A stretch of 64,000 nt of DNA from Vicinamibacteria bacterium. GTDB lineage: Bacteria > Acidobacteriota > Vicinamibacteria > Marinacidobacterales > Marinacidobacteraceae. Each line of letters begins with the position of its first letter. The first letter of the stretch is position 1. The notes under the pieces were generated by a model. The model ran no database searches. It worked only from the letters and a program-made list of their open reading frames with translations, and had not been told where the DNA came from. The DNA lies in assembly GCA_963422395.1 (NCBI GenBank), contig OY729431.1:1408001-1472000 (forward strand), given 5' to 3'. A program made the translations under genes and the position numbers. This document shows, piece after piece, positions 48,286 through 58,441 of this stretch.

Positions 48286-49421
48286 TTCCGGCCCCGCCCC
48301 ATGACGATCGAGATCCCCTGGGTCGTCTGGCCGGCCGAAATGGGTGCCGGATGCGCGAAGACCGCATCCTTCAGGTCGGTCCTCGCGCCGGCGGCCACCA
48401 GTCGGCGGTCCCGGATGGGGTGGGCCCAGAGAAGGTATTCACCGGGTTCGAGCCCTTCGATCAGGAACTCGCCGCGGCGGTTGGTGAACGCCCCCACCGG
48501 ATTCCAGGCTCCCGCCGGGCCGCGGCGCAACGCCCAGACATGGGCGTAGGGGACCGGCTCGCCTCCGGCTCGGAGCGAACCGGCCACGCTGCCGACGCTG
48601 GCGAGCCATCCGGTCCCCGGGCGCAGGAGCGAAGCGCCGATGCGCTGGTCGAGCGAGGGATGACCCGTTCCGGGCCACACCGGGCTCGGGTACTGCGGGC
48701 TCGAAAAAAAGTGATCGATGCGCTCCTGGAGGCCGCCGGAGGGTGGCTCGGACTCCCGCAGATGGACCGAGCCGGGGAAGCTGGCGGAGGCGCCGAGCCC
48801 GAGGCAAGCAGCGAACGAGTCGGTGAAGTCCCAAAGCGCCCAGCGGCGGCGATCGGCGAGCTCGGCCGTCGACTCCAGCCACCACGAAGGAGCACCGACA
48901 TCGCACTCGACGATCTCCCAGGTATGGCGCGAGGCGTTTCGAGAGAACCAGACGCCGACGCCTCCCTGCGACCCGTCGGGCGCGGAGCCGAAGAACACGC
49001 GGCTCGCGGAGTCCCGAACCCAGGTTCCCGGCGGCGTGCTGTCGGACCGAGAGAGCTGCCAGCGGATGTCCGCATTCGGAATCGCCGACCAGGCGGCGAA
49101 CGCCTCTTCGAGGACCGACTCGAACTCCTCTTGCGAACCGAATATCGCCGCCCACTCGGGATCGTTCCCGACGCTCCACGAGAGCGTTGCGCCGGGACCC
49201 CATGCCTCCTCGGACCAGCGGATGGCCTCGGTCGAGCCCACCACCGAATCGAGTGCGCCGTTGTCGTAGAGCCGGTACGCTTCGGCTCGACGGGAACCCG
49301 GCCCGCCGGCGAAGGCCAGCAGGAGCGCCGCCGCCGCGGTCCCGAACCGGAGCGCCGCCGCGGCGGAACAGCGGAGCCCCCGGGGCTTTTCCAGTGGCCG
49401 CGCCGGATTCGTCGAAATCAA
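48282..49421 (-). CDS. Secreted matrixin paralog lacking zinc ligands
   Basis: Shares AEAYR, WGPG.TL.W, ECD, GASLLRP and FLIEGL.PG.Y with 46003-47661, but HEFGHCLGLAH is replaced by DSFAACLGLGA. Confidence 0.75.
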   Translation of the reverse strand: MISTNPARPLEKPRGLRCSAAAALRFGTAAAALLLAFAGGPGSRRAEAYRLYDNGALDSVVGSTEAIRWSEEAWGPGATLSWSVGNDPEWAAIFGSQEEFESVLEEAFAAWSAIPNADIRWQLSRSDSTPPGTWVRDSASRVFFGSAPDGSQGGVGVWFSRNASRHTWEIVECDVGAPSWWLESTAELADRRRWALWDFTDSFAACLGLGASASFPGSVHLRESEPPSGGLQERIDHFFSSPQYPSPVWPGTGHPSLDQRIGASLLRPGTGWLASVGSVAGSLRAGGEPVPYAHVWALRRGPAGAWNPVGAFTNRRGEFLIEGLEPGEYLLWAHPIRDRRLVAAGARTDLKDAVFAHPAPISAGQTTQGISIVMGRGRK

Positions 49422-49545
49422 TGGAGCTAGTGTCTGCTCATCCTATTCCAAATACGGATGGATCGGCGCCGCGGTCAGGACCGGGATGGCCGGCCGTTTC
49501 CAAATGCCGGAGGCAGCAGCGGAGATCGTGGAATATGCTTGCGGC

Positions 49546-50187
49546 ATGATCCGTGTGGTTTTCTCCCGGCGATGCACAGTCGCTCGGCGCAGTTCGGCGG
49601 CCGTGCCCTCGGTTGCGGCCTTCGCCCTCGGAGCGGCGGTGCTCTTCGCCGCGGCTCCCGAAGCCGCCCAGCGAACCACCCAGCGCGGCGCGGAAGAGCC
49701 GGGCGGACGCGCTCGGAACCCCTACGCCTGGCCGTCGCTTTCCGAGCTCTTCGTTCGCGCCGAGACGATCGTGGCGGGAGAGGTGCTCGACATGCGGTCG
49801 TCTTGGACCGCGGACCGGCGCGAGATCTTCACCACGGTGACGATGCGCCCCGACCGCCGCTTCAAGGGGGGAGGCCGGGCGCTGATCCGATTCCGGATTC
49901 CGGGCGGCACCGTCGGGGACACCCGTTTGATGGTCACCCATTCACCGCAGCTCTCCGTCGGGGAGCGGGCGCTCGTCTTCCTCGCCGGTGAGAGCGGACG
50001 CTTGCCGCGGGTCGTGGGCGGCGAGGCGGGGAAGCGCCACCTGCGCGCTGGAGAGGACGGCTCCGAGACGATCCTGCCCGGTTTCGCGATCTCCGGAGGA
50101 AGGGCGGGACAGGCCCGCGGACTCGCCACCCTGGAAGAGCTCGCGGCAGAGATCCCCCGTTTGGCGGCGGCTGCCGGGTCGCACTGA
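49546..50187 (+). CDS. Secreted protein resembling the N-terminal pro-domain of bacterial matrixins
   Basis: LSELFVRAETIVAGEV...IFTTVT...RIPGGTVG...VGERALVFL; family resemblance is from recall. Confidence 0.6.
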   Translation: MIRVVFSRRCTVARRSSAAVPSVAAFALGAAVLFAAAPEAAQRTTQRGAEEPGGRARNPYAWPSLSELFVRAETIVAGEVLDMRSSWTADRREIFTTVTMRPDRRFKGGGRALIRFRIPGGTVGDTRLMVTHSPQLSVGERALVFLAGESGRLPRVVGGEAGKRHLRAGEDGSETILPGFAISGGRAGQARGLATLEELAAEIPRLAAAAGSH

Positions 50188-50224
50188 AGACGCCTCCCAG
50201 AAGAGCCCCCTCTGAAGAGCCCTT

Positions 50225-51244
50225 TTGCTGAAGTCCTTGCGCCGGTTTCTCGCCGCTGGCGCGCTCGCCGGCCGGCCTGTCTTGCTGCCGGCTTCGCTGG
50301 CGACCCTTCTGATCGCCGCCGCCGGGTGCGGGGGGGGCGGAGCGGACGAGGCGCCGTCCTTCGTGAGCCTCGGGACTGCGCCTCCCGGCGGAGCCTTCTT
50401 CGTGGTCGGAGGCGCACTGGCCGAAGTGCTGGGCGAAGCGGAGATGCGGGTCACCGCCGAGGCGACCAAGGGCTCCGGAGAGAACATCCGCCGGCTCGCT
50501 TCCGGCGAATTGGACCTCGCACTCTCGAACGCCGCGGTGACCTATTTCGCTTCCCGCGGCGAAGACGGCTGGGGCCGCGAGTATCCGGTCGAGGCGGTGA
50601 TGACCCTCGCGCCGAATGTGGCGACCTTCGTCTCCCCCCGGCGGCACGAAGTGAACCGCATCCAGGATCTCGCCGGGGAACGGGTCGTCGTGGGCGTCGC
50701 CGGGGCCGGATTCGAGCACTTCATCCGTCCCATCGTCGAGGCGCACGGAATCACCTACCAGGACTTCGTGCCCCTCTACAACACTCAGGCGGGTGCGGTG
50801 GACATGCTCACCGACGATTCGGCGGTGGCGGCGTTCCTCGGGGGAGCGATCCCCACCGCTTCTATCGTGCAGGCGACCGCGGGAATGGACACTCGGCTCG
50901 TGCCGCTCGATCCCGAAGTGCGGATGTCACTCCCCGAGCGGTACCCCTTCTACCGCGAAGCGGTGATTCCGGCGGAGACCTATCGCGGGCAGGACGAGGA
51001 CTACCTGGGGCTCGATGTGGGCTCGATGCACCTCATCACCCGCACCGATGCGGACCCCGAGATCATCTACCGGGTGACCCGGACGCTTTGGGAACAGCGA
51101 GCCTCGGTGGTGGAGAAACATCCCGCCGGCCGGGCCATCAACGAGAAGAACGCCGCCCGCGATACCGGCGTCCGCTTCCACCCCGGGGCGGTCCGCTTCT
51201 ACCGGGAAGCCGGCATCTGGCCCGAACCCGCGACCGGGCGCTGA
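50225..51244 (+). CDS. TAXI-family TRAP solute-binding protein
   Basis: GTAPPGGAFF, ATKGSGEN, FHPGAVRFYRE. Confidence 0.92.
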   Translation: MLKSLRRFLAAGALAGRPVLLPASLATLLIAAAGCGGGGADEAPSFVSLGTAPPGGAFFVVGGALAEVLGEAEMRVTAEATKGSGENIRRLASGELDLALSNAAVTYFASRGEDGWGREYPVEAVMTLAPNVATFVSPRRHEVNRIQDLAGERVVVGVAGAGFEHFIRPIVEAHGITYQDFVPLYNTQAGAVDMLTDDSAVAAFLGGAIPTASIVQATAGMDTRLVPLDPEVRMSLPERYPFYREAVIPAETYRGQDEDYLGLDVGSMHLITRTDADPEIIYRVTRTLWEQRASVVEKHPAGRAINEKNAARDTGVRFHPGAVRFYREAGIWPEPATGR

Positions 51245-51257
51245 TCGTCCCGTCGCG

Positions 51258-53183
51258 GTGAGCGAGTCGGGAGCGGAGCCGCTCGCCGGCCCGCGCGGCT
51301 TCGCGATCCGATTCCTCACGCTGGCGCTGACCGGCTTCGTGCTGGTCGAAGTGAACCGGCCGGTACTTTCGCCTTCGGCACAGCTGGCGGCGTTCGCGCT
51401 CCTCGGACTGCCGCTCTCGTTCCTTCTTCGCGCGAGGGCCGATGATCGCTGGTGGCGGCGGGGTCTCGATGCCCTCGGTCTGGCGGCTTCGATAGCCGGC
51501 TGCGGCTTCGTCCTCTACTGGAGCGGCTTCGCCGGTACGACCCTCGGCGACCGCGCCGGCGGGGAGACGGCGCTCGACATCGCGATAGGGCTCCTCGGCC
51601 TCGTCGGAGTGCTCGCCGCTGCGTGGCGGGGGATCGGACCGGCACTCCCGCTGCTCACCGGGGTCTTCCTGCTCTATGCCGTTTTCGGCTCCCATCTTCC
51701 CGAGTTCCTGTTCCCTCACCGCGGGTATTCGCTCAGCCGGATCGCTTCGCAGGGCTTCTTGCAGAGCCAGGGGGTCTTCGGTATCGCGCTGAAGGTGATG
51801 TTCTCCTATGTGTTCCTGTTCGTGGTCTTCGGCGCTGCGCTGCAGCAGACGGGCGCCATCGGCTTCATCACTGCGGCGGCGCGGCGGGTGTTCCACGCCA
51901 CCGTGGGTGGTGCCGCCAAGGTCTGCGTGGTGGCGAACGCGATGATGGGTTCGCTCTCCGGGAGCGCGATCGCCGATGCCGCCACGACCGGGACGGTGAC
52001 CATTCCGCTCATGCGGAGTACTGGGTTTTCCGCCCGCTTCGCCGCCGGAATCACCGCCGCGGCGAGCTCCGGGGCGGCGCTCGTGCCGCCGGTGATGGGC
52101 GCCGGTGCCTACATGATGCTCGAGCTGGTGGATCCGCCGGTCCGCTATATCGAGATCGTGCGGGCGGCCATCCTGCCGGCGCTCCTCTACTACGCCGCGC
52201 TGCTCTCGATGGTCCATCTCGAAGCCCGCCGCCAGGCGGCCTGCGGTGAGCGGAAGCCGCCGCCCGTCGAACACCGCGGCGCGGTGCCGATCCAGGCCGG
52301 AATCGTCTTCGGGGTCGGACTCGTGTCCCTGGTCATCGCGCTGCTCGCCGGGCGCACCGTATTCCGCGCGGTCAGCATCGCGCTGGTCCTGGTGATCGCC
52401 GCCTCGCTCTGGCATCCCGCCACCCGCCCGAGCCCCGGGAAACTCTGGAACGCGCTCGGCCGGATCGCCGAGGGCGCGGCGCCGCTCATTGCCGCCGCCA
52501 GCTCGGTCGGGGTCATCCTCGGAATGGTGACCCTCACCGGGCTCGGTACCCGTTTTCCGGCGGCGGTGCTCTCGGTCGCCGGGGAGGGCCTGCTTCCCGC
52601 CCTCCTCCTCCTCATGGTCGGCTCGGTCGTGCTGGGCATGGGCCTTCCCTCCGCCGTCTGTTACCTCCTGATGGCGATCCTGATCGGCCCGGTCATCGGC
52701 CAGCTGGGAGTTCCCCCGCTCGCAGTCCACTTCTTCATCTTCTACTTCGGGATGATGTCCATGGTGACCCCGCCGGTGGCACTCGCTGCCTACACGACTG
52801 CGGGCATCGCCGGAACTCCCATCCTCCCCGCCGCCTTCACCGCCTTCCGTTTCGCGCTGGCGGGTTTCGCTCTGCCCTATTTCTTCGTCTTCCGACCGGA
52901 ATTGCTGCTCATCCTCGACGGCGGCCGGGGAGTTCCGGGAGCCGCCGCCGCCTTCCTCCTCGGACTCCTGGTGGTGTTCCTCCTCTCCGCCGGGATCACG
53001 GGATGGCTCTTCGGCGCCTTGCGTCGAGAGCTGCGGGCCGTGGCGCTGGCTTCCGCCGTCCTGCTGCTCTGGCCCCCGGAGCCCGGAGCACTCGTTTCGC
53101 CTCCGAACCTGGCCGGCTTGGCCGCGTTCGCCGTTTTCCTCATCCTGGCGCGGAGAAGAGGCCTCCGCAGCGTTCGGGAATGA
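51258..53183 (+). CDS. TRAP transporter fused permease (4TM/12TM)
   Basis: GGAAKV, GSLSGSA, PPVMGAGAY, LGMGLPS, VTPPVALAAY. Confidence 0.92.
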   Translation: MSESGAEPLAGPRGFAIRFLTLALTGFVLVEVNRPVLSPSAQLAAFALLGLPLSFLLRARADDRWWRRGLDALGLAASIAGCGFVLYWSGFAGTTLGDRAGGETALDIAIGLLGLVGVLAAAWRGIGPALPLLTGVFLLYAVFGSHLPEFLFPHRGYSLSRIASQGFLQSQGVFGIALKVMFSYVFLFVVFGAALQQTGAIGFITAAARRVFHATVGGAAKVCVVANAMMGSLSGSAIADAATTGTVTIPLMRSTGFSARFAAGITAAASSGAALVPPVMGAGAYMMLELVDPPVRYIEIVRAAILPALLYYAALLSMVHLEARRQAACGERKPPPVEHRGAVPIQAGIVFGVGLVSLVIALLAGRTVFRAVSIALVLVIAASLWHPATRPSPGKLWNALGRIAEGAAPLIAAASSVGVILGMVTLTGLGTRFPAAVLSVAGEGLLPALLLLMVGSVVLGMGLPSAVCYLLMAILIGPVIGQLGVPPLAVHFFIFYFGMMSMVTPPVALAAYTTAGIAGTPILPAAFTAFRFALAGFALPYFFVFRPELLLILDGGRGVPGAAAAFLLGLLVVFLLSAGITGWLFGALRRELRAVALASAVLLLWPPEPGALVSPPNLAGLAAFAVFLILARRRGLRSVRE

Positions 53184-53316
53184 TGCTTCCGGCTTCCGGA
53201 TGCGGGGTCACACCGTTGCAGGGCTCCCCCGCCTACCGAGAACGAGGGTCCGACGACATCTCCACTCCCTCCCGCCCGTGACGGGAGAAGATCGGGCAGA
53301 CCTGCACGCGGCTCAT

Positions 53317-53776
<460 letters not shown>

Positions 53777-53869
53777 GCGAGTCCTCCTTCTAGGAAAGCT
53801 CCACATTGTAACTTTCAGCATTCGGCCTTTTCCAGCAGCGCCTCGTCCCGAGTCGGAAGCGGTGGTGCG

Positions 53870-54092
53870 TCAGCCCCCGATACAGTAGAGCGCTTCGGCG
53901 GTGCGGAGGAAGATCTGCCCGTCGGACATCGCCATCGAGCTGAGCGTGTAGGCGCCCATGTCGTTCGTGGCCAGGATCTCGAACCCGTCCGCAACCTCGA
54001 CCACGGACGCCAGCCCGTCCTCGTTGATCACATAGAGACGGCCTTCGGCGAGGACGGGCGAGGCGCTGTAGGTCCCCGGCGGCAGGCGTTCC
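53870..54092 (-). pseudogene. Duplicated 3' fragment of the PQQ-propeller gene at 54732-56123
   Basis: Near-identical to 54732-54954 ([13 protein letters not shown]...LYCIGG). Confidence 0.9.
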
Positions 54093-54152
54093 TGATCGGC
54101 CCGGTCATCGGCCAGCTGGGAGTTCCCCCGCTCGCAGTCCACTTCTTCATCT
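54090..54152 (+). repeat. Duplicated internal fragment of the TRAP permease gene
   Basis: Identical to 52678-52740 (tcctgatcggcccggtcatcggcc...ttcttcatct). Confidence 0.92.
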
Positions 54153-54209
54153 CCCTCCCGTCCGTGACGGGAGAAGATCGGGCAGACCTGCACGCGACCC
54201 ATCTACTCA

Positions 54210-54632
54210 TTACTTACACCTAAATATGAGACCACCCATTTCAAGGCGCTGCCCTTCCAAACCGCCGCTGATTTCAACTCTACCGCCTTTACAACTCACG
54301 GTATCGCCTTGGCTTATATTAAATGTTGAAAGACCGTAGGTGTCCACTTGGCTCTGAGTGATCCGGCAAGAATTGCCGTCGGAGACGGCTATCGCGCCAT
54401 TCTGAACCACACAGTCCGCTACAGAAACCGATGAGACCTGCGCTTGGGCACGGTTCGGCGACATCATGGCATGTACGGCCACCGGCGTCACCATGGCGAG
54501 CGAGCCGTAACGCCCGATGAAATCACGCCGTCCAGCTACCGGAGGCGCAACGGCAGCATCACGGGTGGCTTTCCCGGAGGGGCCATCCGGAACAACTACA
54601 TCACTTTTTCGGGGGGGGGGGGGGGGGAGCAT
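54210..54632 (-). CDS. Small Tat-like secreted four-Cys protein, paralog B; in frame through a C17 tract
   Basis: AGGAGG SD, ATG at 54632, MLPPPPPRKSD...GRRDFIGRYGSLAMVTPVAVHAMMSPNRAQA-QVSS and a 4-Cys domain. Confidence 0.78.
   Translation of the reverse strand: MLPPPPPRKSDVVVPDGPSGKATRDAAVAPPVAGRRDFIGRYGSLAMVTPVAVHAMMSPNRAQAQVSSVSVADCVVQNGAIAVSDGNSCRITQSQVDTYGLSTFNISQGDTVSCKGGRVEISGGLEGQRLEMGGLIFRCK
54611..54627 (+). repeat. G17 homopolymer (poly-C on the coding strand)
   Basis: Directly visible; homologous position to the G38 tract. Confidence 0.9.
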
Positions 54633-54731
54633 GCGATTTTTCCTCCTAGGAAAGCTCATACCATCATTGTAACTTTCAGCATTCGGCCTTTTCCAGCAGG
54701 CGCCTCATCCCGAGTCGGAAGCGGTGGTGTG

Positions 54732-56123
54732 TCAGCCCCCGATGCAGTAGAGCGCTTCGGCGGTGCGGAGGAAGATCTGCCCGTCGGACATCGCCATCGA
54801 GCTGAGCGTGTAGGCGCCCATGTCGTTCGTGGCGAGGATCTCGAACCCGTCCGCAACCTCGACCACGGACGCCAGCCCGTCCTCGTTGATCACATAGAGA
54901 CGGCCTTCGGCGAGGACGGGCGAGGCGCTGTAGGTCCCCGGCGGCAGGCGTTCCGGTCCGAATCGGACTTCGCCGGTCCGAGCGTCGAGCGCGTAGAGGA
55001 CGCCGCCGTCGGTGACGACGAAGAAACGCTCGCCGTCGGTCACCGGAGTCGGCACATCCGGCCCGCGGTCGAAGGACCAGATCCGGTGGGATTCGGTGAT
55101 GTCCCCCTCCCCGCCGGTGCGGAGCGCGAGCAGCGGCTTCACTCGGGTGGGTGCGTAGATGATCCCGTCCTTCACGATCGGCGAGGCCACGATTCGGTAG
55201 GAGGTGCTGTTTTCGGGGTTCAGGCCGTCCGCGCGCCAACGCTCCCGACCGGTCTCGGGGTCGTGTCCGGTGACCACATCGCCCCCGGTGACCACCAGCT
55301 CGAAGCGCCCTTCGACCTCGTGCATGAACGGGGTGGTGTAGGAGTCGGGGGATTCGCGGACCGCATCCGTCGGGCGCTCGACCCGCCAGACCGTCTCTCC
55401 GGTCGCCGGATCGATTCGCAGCAGATAGGACGGATCGTCGGTCTTCATGCCATGGAGCACCTGCACGAAGAGCGCGTCCCCGAAGAGCAGCGGGCTGCTC
55501 GCGTAGCCCCAGTTCAAGCCGAATGCGCCGTAGTCGGCCGGAATGTCGCGGGACCAGATTTCGCCGCCCTCGAAGTCGAACGCCTTGAGGATCCCGGTGC
55601 CGGTCAGGACGAAGACCTGCTCCCCGTCGGTGACCGGCGACGGAGAGGACATGTTCTGCTTTCTCCCCCGCTGATCCCGTTCGCTCAGATGCCGGGTCCA
55701 GCGAACCGAACCGTCGGCCCGGTCGAGGGCCCAGAGCTCGATATGGCCGGAATAGGCGACATTGCCGCGCCCGGAGACGGCCCCGCCGCCCCGCCGCCTT
55801 CGACCGTAGCCTTCGGAAGGATTCGACGGAATGCCCGCTCCCTCGCCCGGGATCGAGACATTCAGGAACACCGTGTCGCCGGAGACGATCGGCGTCGCTC
55901 CGCTCCAGGCGGGCAGCGGGGTCTTCCAGGCCACTCCGTTCACGGTGTCCCATTCCACCGGGAGGCCGACTTCGGCGCTCACCCCGTCGCGGGTGGGCCC
56001 GCGCCAGTGGGGCCAGTCGGAAGCGGCGGCCAGACCAGAGAGCCCGGGCGCAACCGCGAGAAGCAACAGAGCAGGCAGGGGATACGAAAGACGCACGGCA
56101 GACCTCCTGGAAGTCCCCGTCAT
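54732..56123 (-). CDS. Secreted PQQ-binding-like beta-propeller protein
   Basis: [18 protein letters not shown]...W repeats, SASPV. Confidence 0.9.
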   Translation of the reverse strand: MTGTSRRSAVRLSYPLPALLLLAVAPGLSGLAAASDWPHWRGPTRDGVSAEVGLPVEWDTVNGVAWKTPLPAWSGATPIVSGDTVFLNVSIPGEGAGIPSNPSEGYGRRRRGGGAVSGRGNVAYSGHIELWALDRADGSVRWTRHLSERDQRGRKQNMSSPSPVTDGEQVFVLTGTGILKAFDFEGGEIWSRDIPADYGAFGLNWGYASSPLLFGDALFVQVLHGMKTDDPSYLLRIDPATGETVWRVERPTDAVRESPDSYTTPFMHEVEGRFELVVTGGDVVTGHDPETGRERWRADGLNPENSTSYRIVASPIVKDGIIYAPTRVKPLLALRTGGEGDITESHRIWSFDRGPDVPTPVTDGERFFVVTDGGVLYALDARTGEVRFGPERLPPGTYSASPVLAEGRLYVINEDGLASVVEVADGFEILATNDMGAYTLSSMAMSDGQIFLRTAEALYCIGG

Positions 56124-58285
56124 TCTAAGGACCCCAGACCGAACAGCCGGTCGATGGCGCGCAAGACCAGGATTCCGGCGCTGGCCGCCGGGGTGGCCAT
56201 CACGATCCGGTCGATGCTGTTCTTCGCCAGCAACTCGTACTCCGGGCCGGCGCGGATCACGAAGGTGTCCCCTTCCTCCGAAGTGAAGTAGAGCCGCCCG
56301 TCGGCGGCGATCGGGGAGGCGGCGTAGGATCCGCCCACTCCGCCGATCCGCGCCCGGTAGAGCCGGTCGCCGGTTTCCCCGTCGTAGGCGGCGAGGCGCC
56401 CGTTGTTGGCGTTCAGGTAGAGGATGCCCTGGTAGAACAGCGGCGAGGGGATGTACACCCCGCCGCGGCGGCGGCTCCAGGCCACCGCTTCGCTCGATTC
56501 CTCCCCTTTCGGAAGGGTGAGGTCTCCGATGCTCCCCGGGCGGACCGCGTAGATCGGACGGATCGGCGGGTAGCCGGCCTGCACGAACAGGAGTCCGTCG
56601 CCGAGCAGCGGGACGCCGATGGGAATCTCCGAGTTGGGTCCGAGCCGCCAACGCTCCGCACCGGTCGCGGCGTCGTAGCCGCGGATCGTGGTGCCGTTCA
56701 CCACGATCTCCGGGGCGCCGGCGGTCTCGTGGACCAACGGGGTGGAGAAGGTGGAGACCTCGTCGCGGGAGGTACGCCAGCGGGGCTCGCCGGTCTCGAT
56801 GTCGAAGGCGCCGAGGAAGGCCCCGCCGTGGACATCGGCGAGCACGATCACCGCTCCGGCGTGGACCACCGGCGACGAGGCGTGCCCCCACTGGTAATCG
56901 GGGTCGTAGAACCAGCCGCTGTTCAAGACCCCGACCTCGCGTTCCCACAGCAGATTCCCGTCGAGGTCATGGCACAGCAGCTTCCCCACGCTGCCGAGCA
57001 GGGTCACGATCCGCTCGCCGTCGGTCGCCGGAGTGGCGTTCGCCTGGCTCGACTTCGAATGGCGCTTAGTCTCGGGCACTCCCCGGTGGAGTTCCGTCTC
57101 CCAGACCGGTTCGCCGGTGCCGAGGTCGAAGGCCCGGAGGGCGAACCGGTGCTCGCTCTCGTTTTCGACCGGGGCTACATCCCCGTAGAGTCCGATCCGG
57201 AATTCCGAGTCGTCGGTGAGGCTCGCCGCGACCACCGCGAACACCCGGTCGCCCCAGACGACGGGGCTCGATACCCCGAGCCCGGCGAGCGGGACTTCCC
57301 AGGCGACGCCTTCTCCGCCTTCGGCGTTCCAGCGAAGTGGAACCCCCTGTTCGTCTGCGACTCCCGATCCTCCCGGCCCGCGGAACTGGGGCCAGGGACG
57401 CGCTCGGACCGGAACCTCGGCCTTGGAGTCGAGATCGGCACCCGGTGCCGTCTCGGCGGTCTCCCGAGCCGCCGCCCGGCTCTCCGACGCACCCTCGGGC
57501 TCGAAGGCTGCCGCCTCGCGGCCCCGCTCGACCACCAGCCGCTCCACCATCCCGCCGCGGCCAGGGAAGGCGTAGCGGATCCCGCTGGGTCCCTCGAAGG
57601 AGCGTTCGCCGATCGCCTCGAGCGATGAGGCCGGGCCCAGGAAGCGTTCCGGATCGCGGCGGAAGGCGCGGGCCCGGAGCCCGCCGCCGGCGAGCTCCAC
57701 GAGGACGCCCTCTTCGCGGGTCTCGTTCCAGTAGCGGCCGGCGAGCGGCACGAGCGCCTCTGCGGGCAGTTCCCGAACGCTCGGCGGCGGCGCCTCTACG
57801 CCATCGAGCGCGGCGGCGATCTCGTCGGAAGCCGCCGCCTGCCGCGCGGCGGCGAGCGCATCCCGGTCGAAGGCGGCGTTTTCGATCGCCGCGGCGAGGA
57901 GCTCCCGGTCGCCCTGACGCGCCGCCCGCACCAGCACCGCTCCGGCGCCCGGTGCACCCCGCCCGAGCAGGAACCGCACGACCTCCCGGTGTCCCCCGTC
58001 GGCAGCGCGGCCGAGCGGAGTCATTCCGTAGAAGCGGTCGGCGGTGCCGAGCGCGGCACCGGCTTCGACGAGCGTCTGCACCACTTCCAGATGGCCCCGG
58101 TCGGCGGCGAAGGAGAGCGCCGTCCGGCCGTAGCGGTCCCCGGTATCCACCGGGACTCCGGAGGCGAGGAGCTCTTCGACCCGCGCGATGTCGCCTTCGC
58201 GGGCCGCGTCTCGCAGCGCGGCGCCCGGGTTCGCCTGCGCGGCCGGGGCCAGCGCGAGCAACAGCGCGGCGAGGAGTGGACTCAT
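56120..58285 (-). CDS. Secreted ankyrin-repeat plus PQQ-like beta-propeller protein
   Basis: GRTALSFAADRGHLEVV and GMTPLGRAADGGH ankyrin repeats; WPQFRGP propeller. Confidence 0.88.
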   Translation of the reverse strand: MSPLLAALLLALAPAAQANPGAALRDAAREGDIARVEELLASGVPVDTGDRYGRTALSFAADRGHLEVVQTLVEAGAALGTADRFYGMTPLGRAADGGHREVVRFLLGRGAPGAGAVLVRAARQGDRELLAAAIENAAFDRDALAAARQAAASDEIAAALDGVEAPPPSVRELPAEALVPLAGRYWNETREEGVLVELAGGGLRARAFRRDPERFLGPASSLEAIGERSFEGPSGIRYAFPGRGGMVERLVVERGREAAAFEPEGASESRAAARETAETAPGADLDSKAEVPVRARPWPQFRGPGGSGVADEQGVPLRWNAEGGEGVAWEVPLAGLGVSSPVVWGDRVFAVVAASLTDDSEFRIGLYGDVAPVENESEHRFALRAFDLGTGEPVWETELHRGVPETKRHSKSSQANATPATDGERIVTLLGSVGKLLCHDLDGNLLWEREVGVLNSGWFYDPDYQWGHASSPVVHAGAVIVLADVHGGAFLGAFDIETGEPRWRTSRDEVSTFSTPLVHETAGAPEIVVNGTTIRGYDAATGAERWRLGPNSEIPIGVPLLGDGLLFVQAGYPPIRPIYAVRPGSIGDLTLPKGEESSEAVAWSRRRGGVYIPSPLFYQGILYLNANNGRLAAYDGETGDRLYRARIGGVGGSYAASPIAADGRLYFTSEEGDTFVIRAGPEYELLAKNSIDRIVMATPAASAGILVLRAIDRLFGLGSLE

Positions 58286-58441
58286 TCCAGGTTTTCGGCG
58301 TTCAGCAGCAGGTTTTCGTTTTCGGTGAACCAACCGTCCCTCCCGGGGAAACACTCGGGATGGACCGGGCCTGCCCCCCCCCTCGCCACCCGGAGGAAGT
58401 CCGGCTCCACGCCACAGCATCGGCAGTCCATTCTCGGGCGA

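Noticed and set aside
58374-58382. C9 run upstream of the ankyrin-PQQ gene
   Set aside because: Short, plausible by chance at this GC content, and upstream of the likely start.
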